Below are positions 12,320-22,248 of a DNA stretch of 64,000 nucleotides, in pieces. Every line of letters begins with the position of its first letter. Positions within the stretch are counted from its first letter, which is position 1. The notes under the pieces are model-generated. The model ran no database searches and was not told the origin of the DNA. It saw only the letters and a list, made by a program, of their open reading frames with translations. This DNA is from a bacterium (GTDB lineage Bacteria > Electryoneota > Electryoneia > Electryoneales > Electryoneaceae), in the NCBI GenBank assembly GCA_963675295.2, contig CAXXKJ010000002.1, forward strand, positions 2,112,001 through 2,176,000, written 5' to 3'. A program made the position numbers and the translations under genes.

Positions 12320-14107
12320 GTGACCGATCGACCTCAAACCGTTGAATCTGAAGCGACCCTGGAACTCAAATCCGGGCTGCTGGCGGAATCGCCGGATGTC
12401 ATCACCGCACTCGCGGGGAAGATGGTGTCCACGACGTTGCAGCGGCATCGTGAGTCCAACCGTCGCGGCATCATCGACCCCACCTTCGAGCGCACACATT
12501 TCATCAACCCGCGCTTCCAGGAAAACGCGCTGCTGCTGGCGTTGGCGGGCACGCACGGCGTTGCGGTGCCGGACGGCATGCGCCCGAGCGAACTGCTGAC
12601 CGTCGCGGTGCGTGTGGTTGATGTCTGGCTGCGTGAGCAGCAACGTAACGGCGCGGTGCACAGCACGTTGGAAGGTGGATCGGACCCGATGGCGACGGCG
12701 TGGGGGTTGTACGCGATCTCACGTACCCTTGGGTTGATCAGTAATCAGATCCCGACCATCATGCGCCAGCGCGCGTTGAAAGGGCTGAAGCGTGCCGCGC
12801 GTTACCTGCAACGTGCGCACAGCCTGCCGGGCCCGGAAACCCGTCCGCTCCGCGCGGCGGCGGTCAAGGCGGCGGCCGAGTACCTCGAGTCCGGATCGTT
12901 GCACAGCGTCGCCGAGAATGTCAAGCGGGATGGCGACCGGCTGCTGCACGAACAGCTGCAGCGCACGCTGTTGCCCAATGACGCCGGCGCGTACGCCATC
13001 GCGCTGGCCTACCTCACCCTAAGCACGCCGGAACCGTCCGCTGAAGATTTGGAGCTGTGGAGCACGATCATCGAACGCTGCCGTATGTCGACCACGCCGA
13101 CCGGGATCATGGGCGGCGGGGCGGAGGTCTCGATCGCCTGCCTGCCGTTGCTCACCGGCTTCGGTCTCGCGGCAAAACACATCCCGGAAGCGGACGTTCA
13201 GGTCAAATTGCTCGAACGAGCGTGGGCGTCTCACTGGTACGACGGGTTGATCGACACCGAATCGCCGTGGCTGGTGCCGATGGGCTACCTGATGCTCGAG
13301 TACCGCATCCAACGGCCCTACCAGCCACCGGAGTCCGGGCTGCTCGCGTTCGAACGCGACCGTCTGCTCGCGGAAAACGGGTCCGGCATCTGGCGCGTCG
13401 GCGACTGGTTGCTGCGTCTCGGCGCGGGCGGATCGCTGGGTTGGATGCATCATCTGCCGACCGAATCGACACGCGTCTTCGGCTCGCCGGTGGGGTCGGC
13501 GTTGCGCGAGGGACCATGGATTCTCGAAGGCACACGCATGCGTCACCCGGCGTTGACCGGCCGTTTCCAGGTGCTCGAAGAAGAGGCGCTCACCGTCGAG
13601 GGCGAACTGTTATCGACCTCGATTCCGGGTGTCCAGAACATGCCGCGCACGACCGGTTTCGCCATGTTCCGCCGCCGCTACACGCGCGATGTTATCCGGC
13701 TTACCCCGCCGCAGCAACTGCACTCGATGCGGCTCAACAACCCGTTGCCCTACCGGCGCGAGATCGAGCTCAAGGACGGCGCGTTGACCATCGAGACGAC
13801 GGTTCCGGGACGTGTCACCCACCGTCTGCCGATGATCTGGATCGGCGGACCGTACGGCGAGATGTGGATCGGCAAGAGTAAGGCCCGGGTCGGCAACATG
13901 CTGCAGGAACGGCGGGTACGGGAACTGGCGTTCAAGGGTGGTTTGTGGCCGGATTGGGTGGTGCGTTTCGACCGGCCGGTGGACATTCTCTACGAACCGG
14001 TGAATGTGGCGTTAGCGTCAAGTCCGATGCGGTATCTGAGTGCGGCCTGCGGCACCGTCGACATCATGACCGACGATCGTCTCCACATGGCCTGGCGGGT
14101 CGGGTAA
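12320..14107 (+). CDS. Hypothetical protein (595 aa; helical N-half, beta-rich C-half)
   Basis: Long ORF with host-like codon usage filling the gap; no motif recognised. Confidence 0.7.
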   Translation: MTDRPQTVESEATLELKSGLLAESPDVITALAGKMVSTTLQRHRESNRRGIIDPTFERTHFINPRFQENALLLALAGTHGVAVPDGMRPSELLTVAVRVVDVWLREQQRNGAVHSTLEGGSDPMATAWGLYAISRTLGLISNQIPTIMRQRALKGLKRAARYLQRAHSLPGPETRPLRAAAVKAAAEYLESGSLHSVAENVKRDGDRLLHEQLQRTLLPNDAGAYAIALAYLTLSTPEPSAEDLELWSTIIERCRMSTTPTGIMGGGAEVSIACLPLLTGFGLAAKHIPEADVQVKLLERAWASHWYDGLIDTESPWLVPMGYLMLEYRIQRPYQPPESGLLAFERDRLLAENGSGIWRVGDWLLRLGAGGSLGWMHHLPTESTRVFGSPVGSALREGPWILEGTRMRHPALTGRFQVLEEEALTVEGELLSTSIPGVQNMPRTTGFAMFRRRYTRDVIRLTPPQQLHSMRLNNPLPYRREIELKDGALTIETTVPGRVTHRLPMIWIGGPYGEMWIGKSKARVGNMLQERRVRELAFKGGLWPDWVVRFDRPVDILYEPVNVALASSPMRYLSAACGTVDIMTDDRLHMAWRVG

Positions 14108-14120
14108 AAGACGGTACACG

Positions 14121-14186
14121 ATCGGTAAACGGTTATCGGTTACCGGTTACCGACTACCGACTACCGACTACCGACTACCGACTACC
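14121..14186. repeat. Heptamer arrays (CGGTTAC-like then CGACTAC) between convergent genes
   Basis: Read directly; the two halves are roughly complementary. Confidence 0.8.
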
Positions 14187-14194
14187 TGAAACCA

Positions 14195-14629
14195 TCACCC
14201 AACCACATCTTCCCCTTCATCATCCGCTTCGATCTGAGGAGTACCGGCCTGAGCACGAGCTTCCTCGAGACGGTCGCGCAGCAATTCCACATCCTGCCGC
14301 AGGTGTTCCTTCTCGGATTCGTTGTGCTCGGCTTCCCCGCGTAGCGTCTCCACCTCTTCCTTCAGCTCGTCCAGTTCGGTGGTCAGTTTCTTTTTCGCGC
14401 GCTTGACCCTGCCGAGTTCACTCAGGGTTTGCAGCTGTTGGAACACAGCGATCAGCAGAAACGAGATCATCCCCAGCGCAAAGGCGACGAACAGCGCGAC
14501 ATACAGCGGGATCGGGCCGGAATGCCAGTTCAACAACGTGATACCGTCGATCTGTGTCTGATTCTGCAACGAGAATCCGAGCACGGCGACGATGATAACC
14601 ACCAGCACGATCCAACGAATAATCCACAT
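14195..14629 (-). CDS. LapA-family membrane protein with coiled-coil tail
   Basis: Two TM helices around FSLQN..., then a long coiled coil. Confidence 0.75.
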   Translation of the reverse strand: MWIIRWIVLVVIIVAVLGFSLQNQTQIDGITLLNWHSGPIPLYVALFVAFALGMISFLLIAVFQQLQTLSELGRVKRAKKKLTTELDELKEEVETLRGEAEHNESEKEHLRQDVELLRDRLEEARAQAGTPQIEADDEGEDVVG

Positions 14630-14862
14630 AGTCCAGCCTCCACGGGGATTGCGAGCGTTCTCGCCTAATCTAATGGATTAAACAGCCCGGAGCCTCCTTG
14701 AGTTCCCGGGCTGAGCCGTGTTCTGAAGTCATTGCACGGTCCCAAACAAACACCGTCCCCAATCAAACGCGAGCCGCAAACGGTCATCACCCAGAAACCA
14801 TCACCACCCAAAAACATCACGGGGACACTTTCTCCGAAAGTGTCCCCGCTTGGGTTGCTCAT

Positions 14863-14889
14863 TTTACCACGGACTAAAGTCCGTGGTAA
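14863..14889. repeat. REP-like palindrome TTACCACGGACT-AA-AGTCCGTGGTAA (family also near 37234, 39855, 43119; related at ~25725 and ~61500)
   Basis: Near-perfect inverted repeat recurring in intergenic regions. Confidence 0.8.
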
Positions 14890-14896
14890 GTAGTTT

Positions 14897-14970
14897 GCTC
14901 ACAGCTCACAGCTCACAGCTCACAGCTCACAGCTCACAGCTCACCACTCACCACTCACCACTCACAACTG
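14897..14970. repeat. Heptamer array (GCTCACA)n/(CTCACCA)n abutting the M16 peptidase stop
   Basis: Read directly. Confidence 0.85.
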
Positions 14971-14973
14971 CCG

Positions 14974-17607
14974 TCAATGTCCCATGCCGCCCATGCCACC
15001 CATTCCTGGCGGCATGCCTTTCGGCATCTGCATCTCGCCCTCCGGCATGCCGTACACCGTGACAACGCCGTCCGGCTGGCTGAACAGGTCGAACGCGGCC
15101 TGCTTGACATCCTCGAGCGTGACCGTGCCAAGCTGATCGTACAGCAGCCATGTCTGGTTCGGCTCGTTGTACATCACCGCATCGGTGCCCAGCGCCATCG
15201 CGAGGTTGATCCGGCTGGAGTAGCGGCGCAGCATCGACCCGCGCATGTCGTTCCGGGCGATCTCGAGCCGGTCGGCATCAAAGTCACCGTTGGCGACGGC
15301 AGCCAGATGCTCATACACTGCGGTCCGGGCTTCCTCGAGGTGTTCTTCCGGCAGCGCGACACGGCTGATCCATGCACCCCAGCCATCCCGCATCAGCAGG
15401 CTCGAGCCGGCGCCGTACGCCCAGCCCTTCTTTTCGCCGAGGTCACGGTAGATCCGGTCGGAAACCATCACGTTCGCCAGCAGCGCGGCCGCATGACGGT
15501 CGAGCGGCAACTGTTCGAGCAGGAATCCAGTCGCGAGATAGCCCTGCTGTCCGGTGGCGCGGACGGTGTCCACTCCGGGCGACGCCATCGGTGGTTCGCT
15601 CAGCGGTAGCATCGTCGAGGTGCTCGGCAGGCCACGGAACGCCGCCTCGCTGACTTCCACGATCTGCGCTGCCGGGGCCGGGGCAATTACGCTCAGCACC
15701 AGGTTGCCGGTCGCGAACACTTCCTTGCGGAATGCGCGCAGCTCCTTCGCGTCGATATCGGTCAACGATGTCGAGTCGCCGTAGATCGGGGCACGGCGGA
15801 CATTGTCACCGTACAGCAGATCGTTGAACCGCGATACCGTTTCCGAACGCACGCCGCCGCCTTCTCGTTCGCTGATGCTCAGCTGTTCCTGCGCGGCGGT
15901 GGCGATGTCCTCGTCGGTGAAGGACGCATCGCCCAGCCGTTCCGCGAGGAATTCCACCGCCTCGGCCCAGTTTTCTGAGATCACCTGGATCCGGATGAAC
16001 GAGTACTCCGGCACGGTGCGGTAATTGTCCATCGGAACACGCGGATCGTCGACAACGTCCATCTCCATCCCGATTTCGGACATCCGGTCGTCCAGCGCGT
16101 CCGCATTTTCACCGGACAGCAGCAGCCGGTGCAGCAGGTCGACCCAACCGCGCTTCTCATCGTTTTCCCATGACGACCGTCCCGCGACGGCGAGGTGAAT
16201 CCCGGCGACCGGGGCGCCGTCCAGTTCCCGCGCGACGACACGCATCCCATTCGCGAGTTGCTGATCCTCGATCGGACCGATGCTCATGCTGCCGGAATCG
16301 GTTTCCTCTTCGTCAGGGAGGTAGGCGGTCGCGATCCAGATCGGATTCTCGAACCAGAACCGGTAGGCTGTGTCCAGGTCCTCGGCGGTCAGGTTATCGC
16401 GTGCTTCTTCGAACCCGTCCCAGAATCCCCACGGCGCGACGGCCAGCTTCGGCACCAGCAGGAACGATCCGTATTGCACCTGTTCGGCGAAGAACAGTTC
16501 GCTGCGGCGTTCGTCACGCAGCGCTTCACGGATCTTCGTCATCGTCATCTCGCCCGGCACCAGCGCACGCACAGCCGCCAGCATCTGGTCGGTCACCACC
16601 TGCGGGTCAGTGCCCGGCATCAGACCGGCGTTGATGTTGAGCACGCTGAAGTCCGGATCGTGGTCGATGGACGAGTAGACATATGTGACCAGCGGCATCC
16701 CACCGCCCTGCAGGCGTTCGGTCAATTCGTCGTCCAGCAGCAGCGTCAGCGCGGAATACGCCGGCATGTCGATCGCGTCATGCCGTGGCGCGCTGAGCGT
16801 CATCGCAATCGATCCGCTGCGGCTCGCGCCGTAGCTGATGTGCAGCTGGTTGCGCCGCCAGTCGTCCAGTCCGACCGGCCACGCTTCCGTCCGTTGCGGC
16901 AAATCTTTTGGCACCAGGTCGCCATAAATCTGCTCGGCCAGGGTTTCCATCTCGGCGAAGCTGAGGTCGCCACGCAGCACCAGCGTCATGTTGTTGACGA
17001 CATACCAGTCGTCATGAAACTGCTGCACCGATTCCGCCGGGATCGCGTTGATGCCCTCGACGGTGCCGATGGTCGAGAAACCATAGCTGGACGGGGAATA
17101 CGTGTTGCGCAGGTGAATGTCCTCGGCACGGGTGGACGAGCGTTCCTGCCCCTGCTTGATCTCGTTGATCACCCGGCCCTTCTCAATCACCAGCGTGTCT
17201 GGATCGATCACCGAGTTGAGGATCATGTCCGCCTGGATGTCCATCGCGTCGAGCGCGTGTTCGACCGGTGTGACGAGGATGAAGTTGGTGTACGTTTTCG
17301 AGGTCTGGGCGTTATAGTACGCGCCCATGCGGTCGAACGAATCGTAGATCTCGTCCTGGCTGCGGTTGGTCGTGCCCCGGAAAATCATATGCTCGAGCAA
17401 GTGTGTCGCGCCGGCGGTGGCCAATGTTTCGTTGCCGGACCCGGCACGCACGATCAGCAGGCTGGAGAGCAGGGGGGTGCTGCCATCGGGCATCATCACC
17501 AGGTCGAGACCGTTCGGCAGCGTCATGCTGCGCACCGGTTGCTCGGCGAAACTGGCGGATGCAACCATCAGGATGGCGAGCGCGAGGAGCAGCGTTCGCT
17601 TGATCAT
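14974..17607 (-). CDS. Secreted M16 (pitrilysin) zinc peptidase
   Basis: Signal peptide; HLLEH (HxxEH) motif, YNAQTS, duplicated M16 halves; ends MPPGMGGMGGMGH. Confidence 0.92.
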   Translation of the reverse strand: MIKRTLLLALAILMVASASFAEQPVRSMTLPNGLDLVMMPDGSTPLLSSLLIVRAGSGNETLATAGATHLLEHMIFRGTTNRSQDEIYDSFDRMGAYYNAQTSKTYTNFILVTPVEHALDAMDIQADMILNSVIDPDTLVIEKGRVINEIKQGQERSSTRAEDIHLRNTYSPSSYGFSTIGTVEGINAIPAESVQQFHDDWYVVNNMTLVLRGDLSFAEMETLAEQIYGDLVPKDLPQRTEAWPVGLDDWRRNQLHISYGASRSGSIAMTLSAPRHDAIDMPAYSALTLLLDDELTERLQGGGMPLVTYVYSSIDHDPDFSVLNINAGLMPGTDPQVVTDQMLAAVRALVPGEMTMTKIREALRDERRSELFFAEQVQYGSFLLVPKLAVAPWGFWDGFEEARDNLTAEDLDTAYRFWFENPIWIATAYLPDEEETDSGSMSIGPIEDQQLANGMRVVARELDGAPVAGIHLAVAGRSSWENDEKRGWVDLLHRLLLSGENADALDDRMSEIGMEMDVVDDPRVPMDNYRTVPEYSFIRIQVISENWAEAVEFLAERLGDASFTDEDIATAAQEQLSISEREGGGVRSETVSRFNDLLYGDNVRRAPIYGDSTSLTDIDAKELRAFRKEVFATGNLVLSVIAPAPAAQIVEVSEAAFRGLPSTSTMLPLSEPPMASPGVDTVRATGQQGYLATGFLLEQLPLDRHAAALLANVMVSDRIYRDLGEKKGWAYGAGSSLLMRDGWGAWISRVALPEEHLEEARTAVYEHLAAVANGDFDADRLEIARNDMRGSMLRRYSSRINLAMALGTDAVMYNEPNQTWLLYDQLGTVTLEDVKQAAFDLFSQPDGVVTVYGMPEGEMQMPKGMPPGMGGMGGMGH

Positions 17608-18674
17608 CGTCGGGCTCCTTGTATCGTGTCAGGGTCGTGGATACGGAATCCAGATCCCGGATGAGTGGACTCGGTGACGTTATACTGGGATTTGAACCGG
17701 TTGACCTGATCCTGCGACCCGAGCACCAGCATCCGATCGTGGTCGTGGATTTTCTCATTGCCATCGGGCTGAACAATCAGGGTGCCATCATCGTGGAAGA
17801 TGGCCATAATCCCGAGGCCGCCGGTAACCTTACGGAAATCCAGCTCCTTCAGCGTCTTTCCGTCAAACTTGGAATGTTCCGGCACATCGAGCTGCACCAG
17901 CATCAGATCATCGCCAAACATACGGCTGAAGATGTCGATGAAATCAACAATTCCCGGCTTCACCATCAACGCCGAGATCCGGCGTCCGCTGATCTGGAAC
18001 GGCAGCTCGACCCGGTCCGCCCCCGCGCGGCGCAGTTTCGCCCGGCTGTGGGTGTCAATCCCACGCGCGACGATGTGCAACTCCGGGTTCAACTCACGGG
18101 CGGAGATGGTAACCATCACGTTCGCCGCGTCACCAGTCAGCGCCGCGATCAGGCCATACGCCTGCGAAATGTTCGCCTCTTCCAGGATGTCGTCGCTGGA
18201 TGCGTCCCCCTCGATGACGAGATGACCGTCCTCACGCGCCTGCATGGCGTGCGCCGGTTCCATCTCAATGACGCAGAACTCGCGTTTCAGCCGCTTCAGC
18301 TCATCTGCGATTTCACGTCCCAGTTTGCCGTACCCAGCGAGGATGATGTGGTTCTTCATGGATCGGATCTTCCTGTACATCCGCCGGTTGCGGATTCCCG
18401 CCACCACTTCGCCGGAGACGAAGTAGCTGGTGATGTTGGTCAGAGCATAACCGCCGACGGTGATCGACGCGATGATCAGGCCGATGGTGAGGAACCGCCC
18501 GCCCTGGGTCAGCTCACCCACCTCGCCGAAGCCGACTGTGCTGATGGTGATGAAGGTCATGTACAACGAATCAGGCAGGGTCCAGCCCTCGATCAGGGCA
18601 TAACCGACCGTGCCCGCCCCGATCACGACCAGAATGGAGATGAAACTGAGGGTGATGCGATGTTTGAGGTTCAT
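17604..18674 (-). CDS. Potassium channel protein with TrkA-N/TrkA-C (RCK) domains
   Basis: TISTVGFGE filter, GYGKLG Rossmann motif, C-terminal RCK_C. Confidence 0.93.
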   Translation of the reverse strand: MNLKHRITLSFISILVVIGAGTVGYALIEGWTLPDSLYMTFITISTVGFGEVGELTQGGRFLTIGLIIASITVGGYALTNITSYFVSGEVVAGIRNRRMYRKIRSMKNHIILAGYGKLGREIADELKRLKREFCVIEMEPAHAMQAREDGHLVIEGDASSDDILEEANISQAYGLIAALTGDAANVMVTISARELNPELHIVARGIDTHSRAKLRRAGADRVELPFQISGRRISALMVKPGIVDFIDIFSRMFGDDLMLVQLDVPEHSKFDGKTLKELDFRKVTGGLGIMAIFHDDGTLIVQPDGNEKIHDHDRMLVLGSQDQVNRFKSQYNVTESTHPGSGFRIHDPDTIQGARR

Positions 18675-18863
18675 GCGCGTCTTGGCTTAGACCATGGATT
18701 CCGCCCCTGCCGGAAGATAAGACGGAGAAAGGCGTGGTGGGGTTGGTTTGACAGGGTTTGCCCCTGCTCGGGATGGGGATGGTGGTCGTCGGAGATCGAT
18801 AATCGGTGGTCGGTACTCGGTGAGTGGTAATCGGTGATCGGAAGGTGATACATGGTGTAAGGG

Positions 18864-19024
18864 TGTCATTCTGATTGGAACGAAGTGGAATGAAGAATCT
18901 GGCAGGATATTACGGAAACACGTATGAGATGCGTCATTCTGAACGGAACGAAGAGAAGTGAAGAAGGTCCAGCTTCGATAACGGTCAAATAAGCCCGATC
19001 TTCTTCACTTCGTTCAGAATGACA
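18864..19024. repeat. Cluster of GTCATTCTGAACG..AAGTGAAGAATCT-type palindromic repeats (further copies near 23961, 25597, 37140)
   Basis: Two direct copies (18864, 18933) and one inverted copy (18997-19024). Confidence 0.75.
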
Positions 19025-19052
19025 CCTCAGCCTATTGCCCATAGCCAATAGC

Positions 19053-20966
19053 CTACAGCCCCAGCAATTCCATCATCTTCTCACGCACCGCCTTCGATGC
19101 CACCCGTCCGCGCACGATGTCCATCGCGTGACCCATCGCCATCGCGAACACATTCTCCGGCAACCGTGGCTGTTCACCCTGCGCAAGGTCGATGGCTTCT
19201 TTTACCACGGCGGTCAGCTCGACGTCATCAACCGGCGTCCACTCGAGGAGTTCGAGCATCTCATCCAACGACAGTTGCGGGTGATCCACCCAATGCTGCA
19301 GCAGGTCGAAAAGGCCTTCACGGTACACACGTCCCGCGCCCAGTGCCCGCACGAGATCCTCGAGCTGTTCCAGCGACAAAGCTTCCACCGGATACTCACG
19401 CCGTTGCAATGCGGTCATCATGCGGCCGAGCAGTTCGCCCGAACGCATCGGTTCGACAGCCTGCTCAGCAACCAGCTTGTCGTGCAGCGACGCGTACGCC
19501 GTGATCGGCAGCAGGTCAACGATATCCTCCGGCAGGTTCTGCTCGCGGTACATCTCCTCGCGAACCCACGGCGCGACCGGTACCTTCGCCTTCGCCGCCT
19601 CGACACGTTCCGGCGCAATCTCATGCGGCGGGCTGTCGGTGTCCGGATACATCCGGTCCGGGCCGGGGAGGACGCGTTCGAAATCGTTCCAGTTGTTGCG
19701 TAACGCCTGCCGGGTTTCGTTCGGCACGCCCGCAATCGCCTGCGCGTAACGGTCGATGATCTCGTTGGTCGCGGTCAGCGTGTCTTCCTCAGGACCCCAG
19801 ACCACCACCGCGACATCGTCCGCGCCGGCGTCCGTCAGCTTCTCAAGCAGGGCGGTGTCGGCTTCATCCAGCCCGCCGGTGGGGCCGTCAGTGTGTAACA
19901 GGTTCGGCAGCATGTCGAGGCAGGCGACGACACGCACCTGGCCGGAGATGTCGTCCGCGAACCGGCGACCGTGCAAAGGCCAGCTGAGGACGCCTTTCGC
20001 ATTCGGGAACAAAACCACGCGCACCGAATCCCGCACCTGCACCGCGGCGGCGAGATCGGGGTTGTTGAAGCGGAGGCCGTCCAGGTCGAGTTCGACGACC
20101 CGGCCCGGCTTCTCGCCCGGGGTGAATCCGCGTTTCTGCAGCTCTTCGCTTAACGCAACCAGCCCGCGCTGACGATGGGCTTCGTAATCGGTGAGTTCGG
20201 CGATGCGGCTGATCGCCGGCACGCCCTTGATCTCGACACGGGTGGTGCCTTCGATCGAGACGTTCACGTCCTGCCGTCCCGCGCCAGCGCCACGCCGCAC
20301 CATCTGCGTCGCCCGCAGCATTCGCGCGATCCGCATCGCGGCTTCCTGCGCCTCTTCCGGTGTTTCCATCTGCTTCTCAGTGACCACCTCGATCAGCGGC
20401 ATTGAAAGACGATCGGCCATGAAAACAATACGGTGCCCATTGTCCGAGACTTCGCGGCAGGAATCTTCTTCCAGCCCGAGCTGGATCACGTGGATCATCT
20501 TGCCGTTGGAGAGCGGAAACTCGCCGTCCACACCGACAATCGCGGTGCGTTGGAACCCGCCGGGGATGGACCCGTCGAGGTACTGCTTGCGGATGATGTG
20601 CAGCTCGCCGACGATCTTGCAGTTGAATGCCTGCGCGATGGTCAACGCGATGTCGATCGCCTCTTCGTTGATCAGGAACGGCGGGGTGTCGTCCATCTCA
20701 TACGTGCAGACCGTTTCCCGGTTGAGACGGTAGATGATCTCTTTCTTCGTCTTGAATTCCATCAGCGCGGTGCCATCGTACTCACCGAGTTCGCTGAGGG
20801 TCGGGCGCATGTGACGCAATACTTCGGCGTCGTAATGATCCGAGTACTTCCCCGCCGGGCAATGGCAGAACAGTTTCTTTTCCGTCAGGATCTGGTGATG
20901 AATTTCCAATCCGCACCGGAACCCGTGCTGCTTCCAGTCGGTCTGATTGCCCGAATTACCGTTCAT
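19053..20966 (-). CDS. gatE: Glu-tRNA(Gln) amidotransferase subunit E (archaeal-type GatE)
   Basis: GLEIHHQ..KLFC.CP, RPTLSELGEYDGTALME, CTYEMDDTPP, RKQYLDGSIPGGFQRT, GLEEDS, GAGRQDVNVSI, AspRS-like insertion, RVLPGPDRMYPDTD; AAGGAG before ATG 20966. Confidence 0.92.
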   Translation of the reverse strand: MNGNSGNQTDWKQHGFRCGLEIHHQILTEKKLFCHCPAGKYSDHYDAEVLRHMRPTLSELGEYDGTALMEFKTKKEIIYRLNRETVCTYEMDDTPPFLINEEAIDIALTIAQAFNCKIVGELHIIRKQYLDGSIPGGFQRTAIVGVDGEFPLSNGKMIHVIQLGLEEDSCREVSDNGHRIVFMADRLSMPLIEVVTEKQMETPEEAQEAAMRIARMLRATQMVRRGAGAGRQDVNVSIEGTTRVEIKGVPAISRIAELTDYEAHRQRGLVALSEELQKRGFTPGEKPGRVVELDLDGLRFNNPDLAAAVQVRDSVRVVLFPNAKGVLSWPLHGRRFADDISGQVRVVACLDMLPNLLHTDGPTGGLDEADTALLEKLTDAGADDVAVVVWGPEEDTLTATNEIIDRYAQAIAGVPNETRQALRNNWNDFERVLPGPDRMYPDTDSPPHEIAPERVEAAKAKVPVAPWVREEMYREQNLPEDIVDLLPITAYASLHDKLVAEQAVEPMRSGELLGRMMTALQRREYPVEALSLEQLEDLVRALGAGRVYREGLFDLLQHWVDHPQLSLDEMLELLEWTPVDDVELTAVVKEAIDLAQGEQPRLPENVFAMAMGHAMDIVRGRVASKAVREKMMELLGL

Positions 20967-21218
20967 GCCGCCCACTCCTTGATCTCCCAAACCCGGCGCG
21001 CGGTTGTGCGCCGGCTGAGTCCGCCAAAACGTTGAAGTATAGTGCCCTTGGCGAATTCCCGCAACGATAACCTCGCGAGTCCGGGGCGGCGTCAGCGCGA
21101 GTCGGTGTGGGTGAGGGTTGGACTTGCTCACTTCGCCTGACCGCGCTACTTTGGCTCGGCGCGGGAGTGAAAAGGGGAACGCTTTCTCAATGAAGGATTT
21201 CTCAGTATCGGAACTGCC

Positions 21219-22241
21219 ATGATACCACGGACCTCAGCAACACGTATTCTGACCACTCTGCTGGTTCTCTCGCTTCTTGCCACCGGTTGCGGTTCGACCG
21301 GCGACAGCGGCCAGCCCCGTGAATTTACCATCGCGATGACCGGGTATTTGATGGGGCAGGTAGGGCCGTGCAAATGCCCCGGCAATCCGCTCGGTGGGTT
21401 CGCCCGCCGTGTCGCGGTGATGGAACGCGATCTCGACACGAAAGATGACGTGCTCAAAGTGGACACCGGCAAGTGGGTGTCGTTGGATCCGGATCGCGGT
21501 GTTGCCGATTCCCGGATCACCGCTGCCGTGCTGGCGGAACTGGGCACGGACGCGGTTAACATCACCATGCGCGACGCCCGTCTCGGCCGTGATCTGCTCA
21601 AGGATCTGCAGAAAGACTACAAGCTGCCATTTTTGTCGGCGAACCTGATCGACATGAATTCAGAGAAGACGATCTTCCCGGCGACGAAGCGGGTGACCTT
21701 GAAGTTCGCGGACGGCGGGTCGATGGACGTCGGCATCGTCGGTGTTTGCCGCGCCGGGACGAACAACTACATGCCGCCGGAGTCCGGGCTGGCGTTCGCG
21801 GATCCCGGTCCGGCATTGCTGGAAGCCTACCGGGAGGTTATGGACGCGCCGTGCGTGGTGCTGCTGACCGATGCCGACCGTGGTATCACCGCGGACTGGC
21901 TGGCGATGCTGGAGCAGGAAACCGGGTCGCGGCCGTCTGTGATCCTGTCCAGCAACTTGCACCCGACACGGTCCGCGCGGATTCTGATTGGCCAGACACC
22001 GATGACGACCACTGGCCGCCAGGGCAAGTACACCGACATCGTCACCATGGTACCGTTGGGTGAGGACGGTTGGGACGCGCAGAAGTCTGGCGTCGCGCTG
22101 AACTCGGAATCGCCGGAGGATGCGAAGACGATCGAGCTGATCGACAAGATCCTCGCGGACTACCCGGAGCTGGAAAACACGTCGTCAGCGCAGGAGGATG
22201 ACGACGATTTCGACGAGTACAAGGACCGGATCACACACTGA
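21219..22241 (+). CDS. Lipoprotein, 5'-nucleotidase/UshA N-terminal-like domain with CxC motif
   Basis: Lipobox LATGC; GPCKCPGNPLGGFARR, LKVDTG, PFLSANL, VGIVG. Confidence 0.75.
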   Translation: MIPRTSATRILTTLLVLSLLATGCGSTGDSGQPREFTIAMTGYLMGQVGPCKCPGNPLGGFARRVAVMERDLDTKDDVLKVDTGKWVSLDPDRGVADSRITAAVLAELGTDAVNITMRDARLGRDLLKDLQKDYKLPFLSANLIDMNSEKTIFPATKRVTLKFADGGSMDVGIVGVCRAGTNNYMPPESGLAFADPGPALLEAYREVMDAPCVVLLTDADRGITADWLAMLEQETGSRPSVILSSNLHPTRSARILIGQTPMTTTGRQGKYTDIVTMVPLGEDGWDAQKSGVALNSESPEDAKTIELIDKILADYPELENTSSAQEDDDDFDEYKDRITH

Positions 22242-22248
22242 GGAGCGG

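Noticed and set aside
20967-21131. N-terminal extensions given by the ORF track (gatE here; likewise degP, lplA, antiporter, 49186 and 52307 genes)
   Set aside because: Downstream ATGs with an RBS, signal peptide or family-typical start fit better
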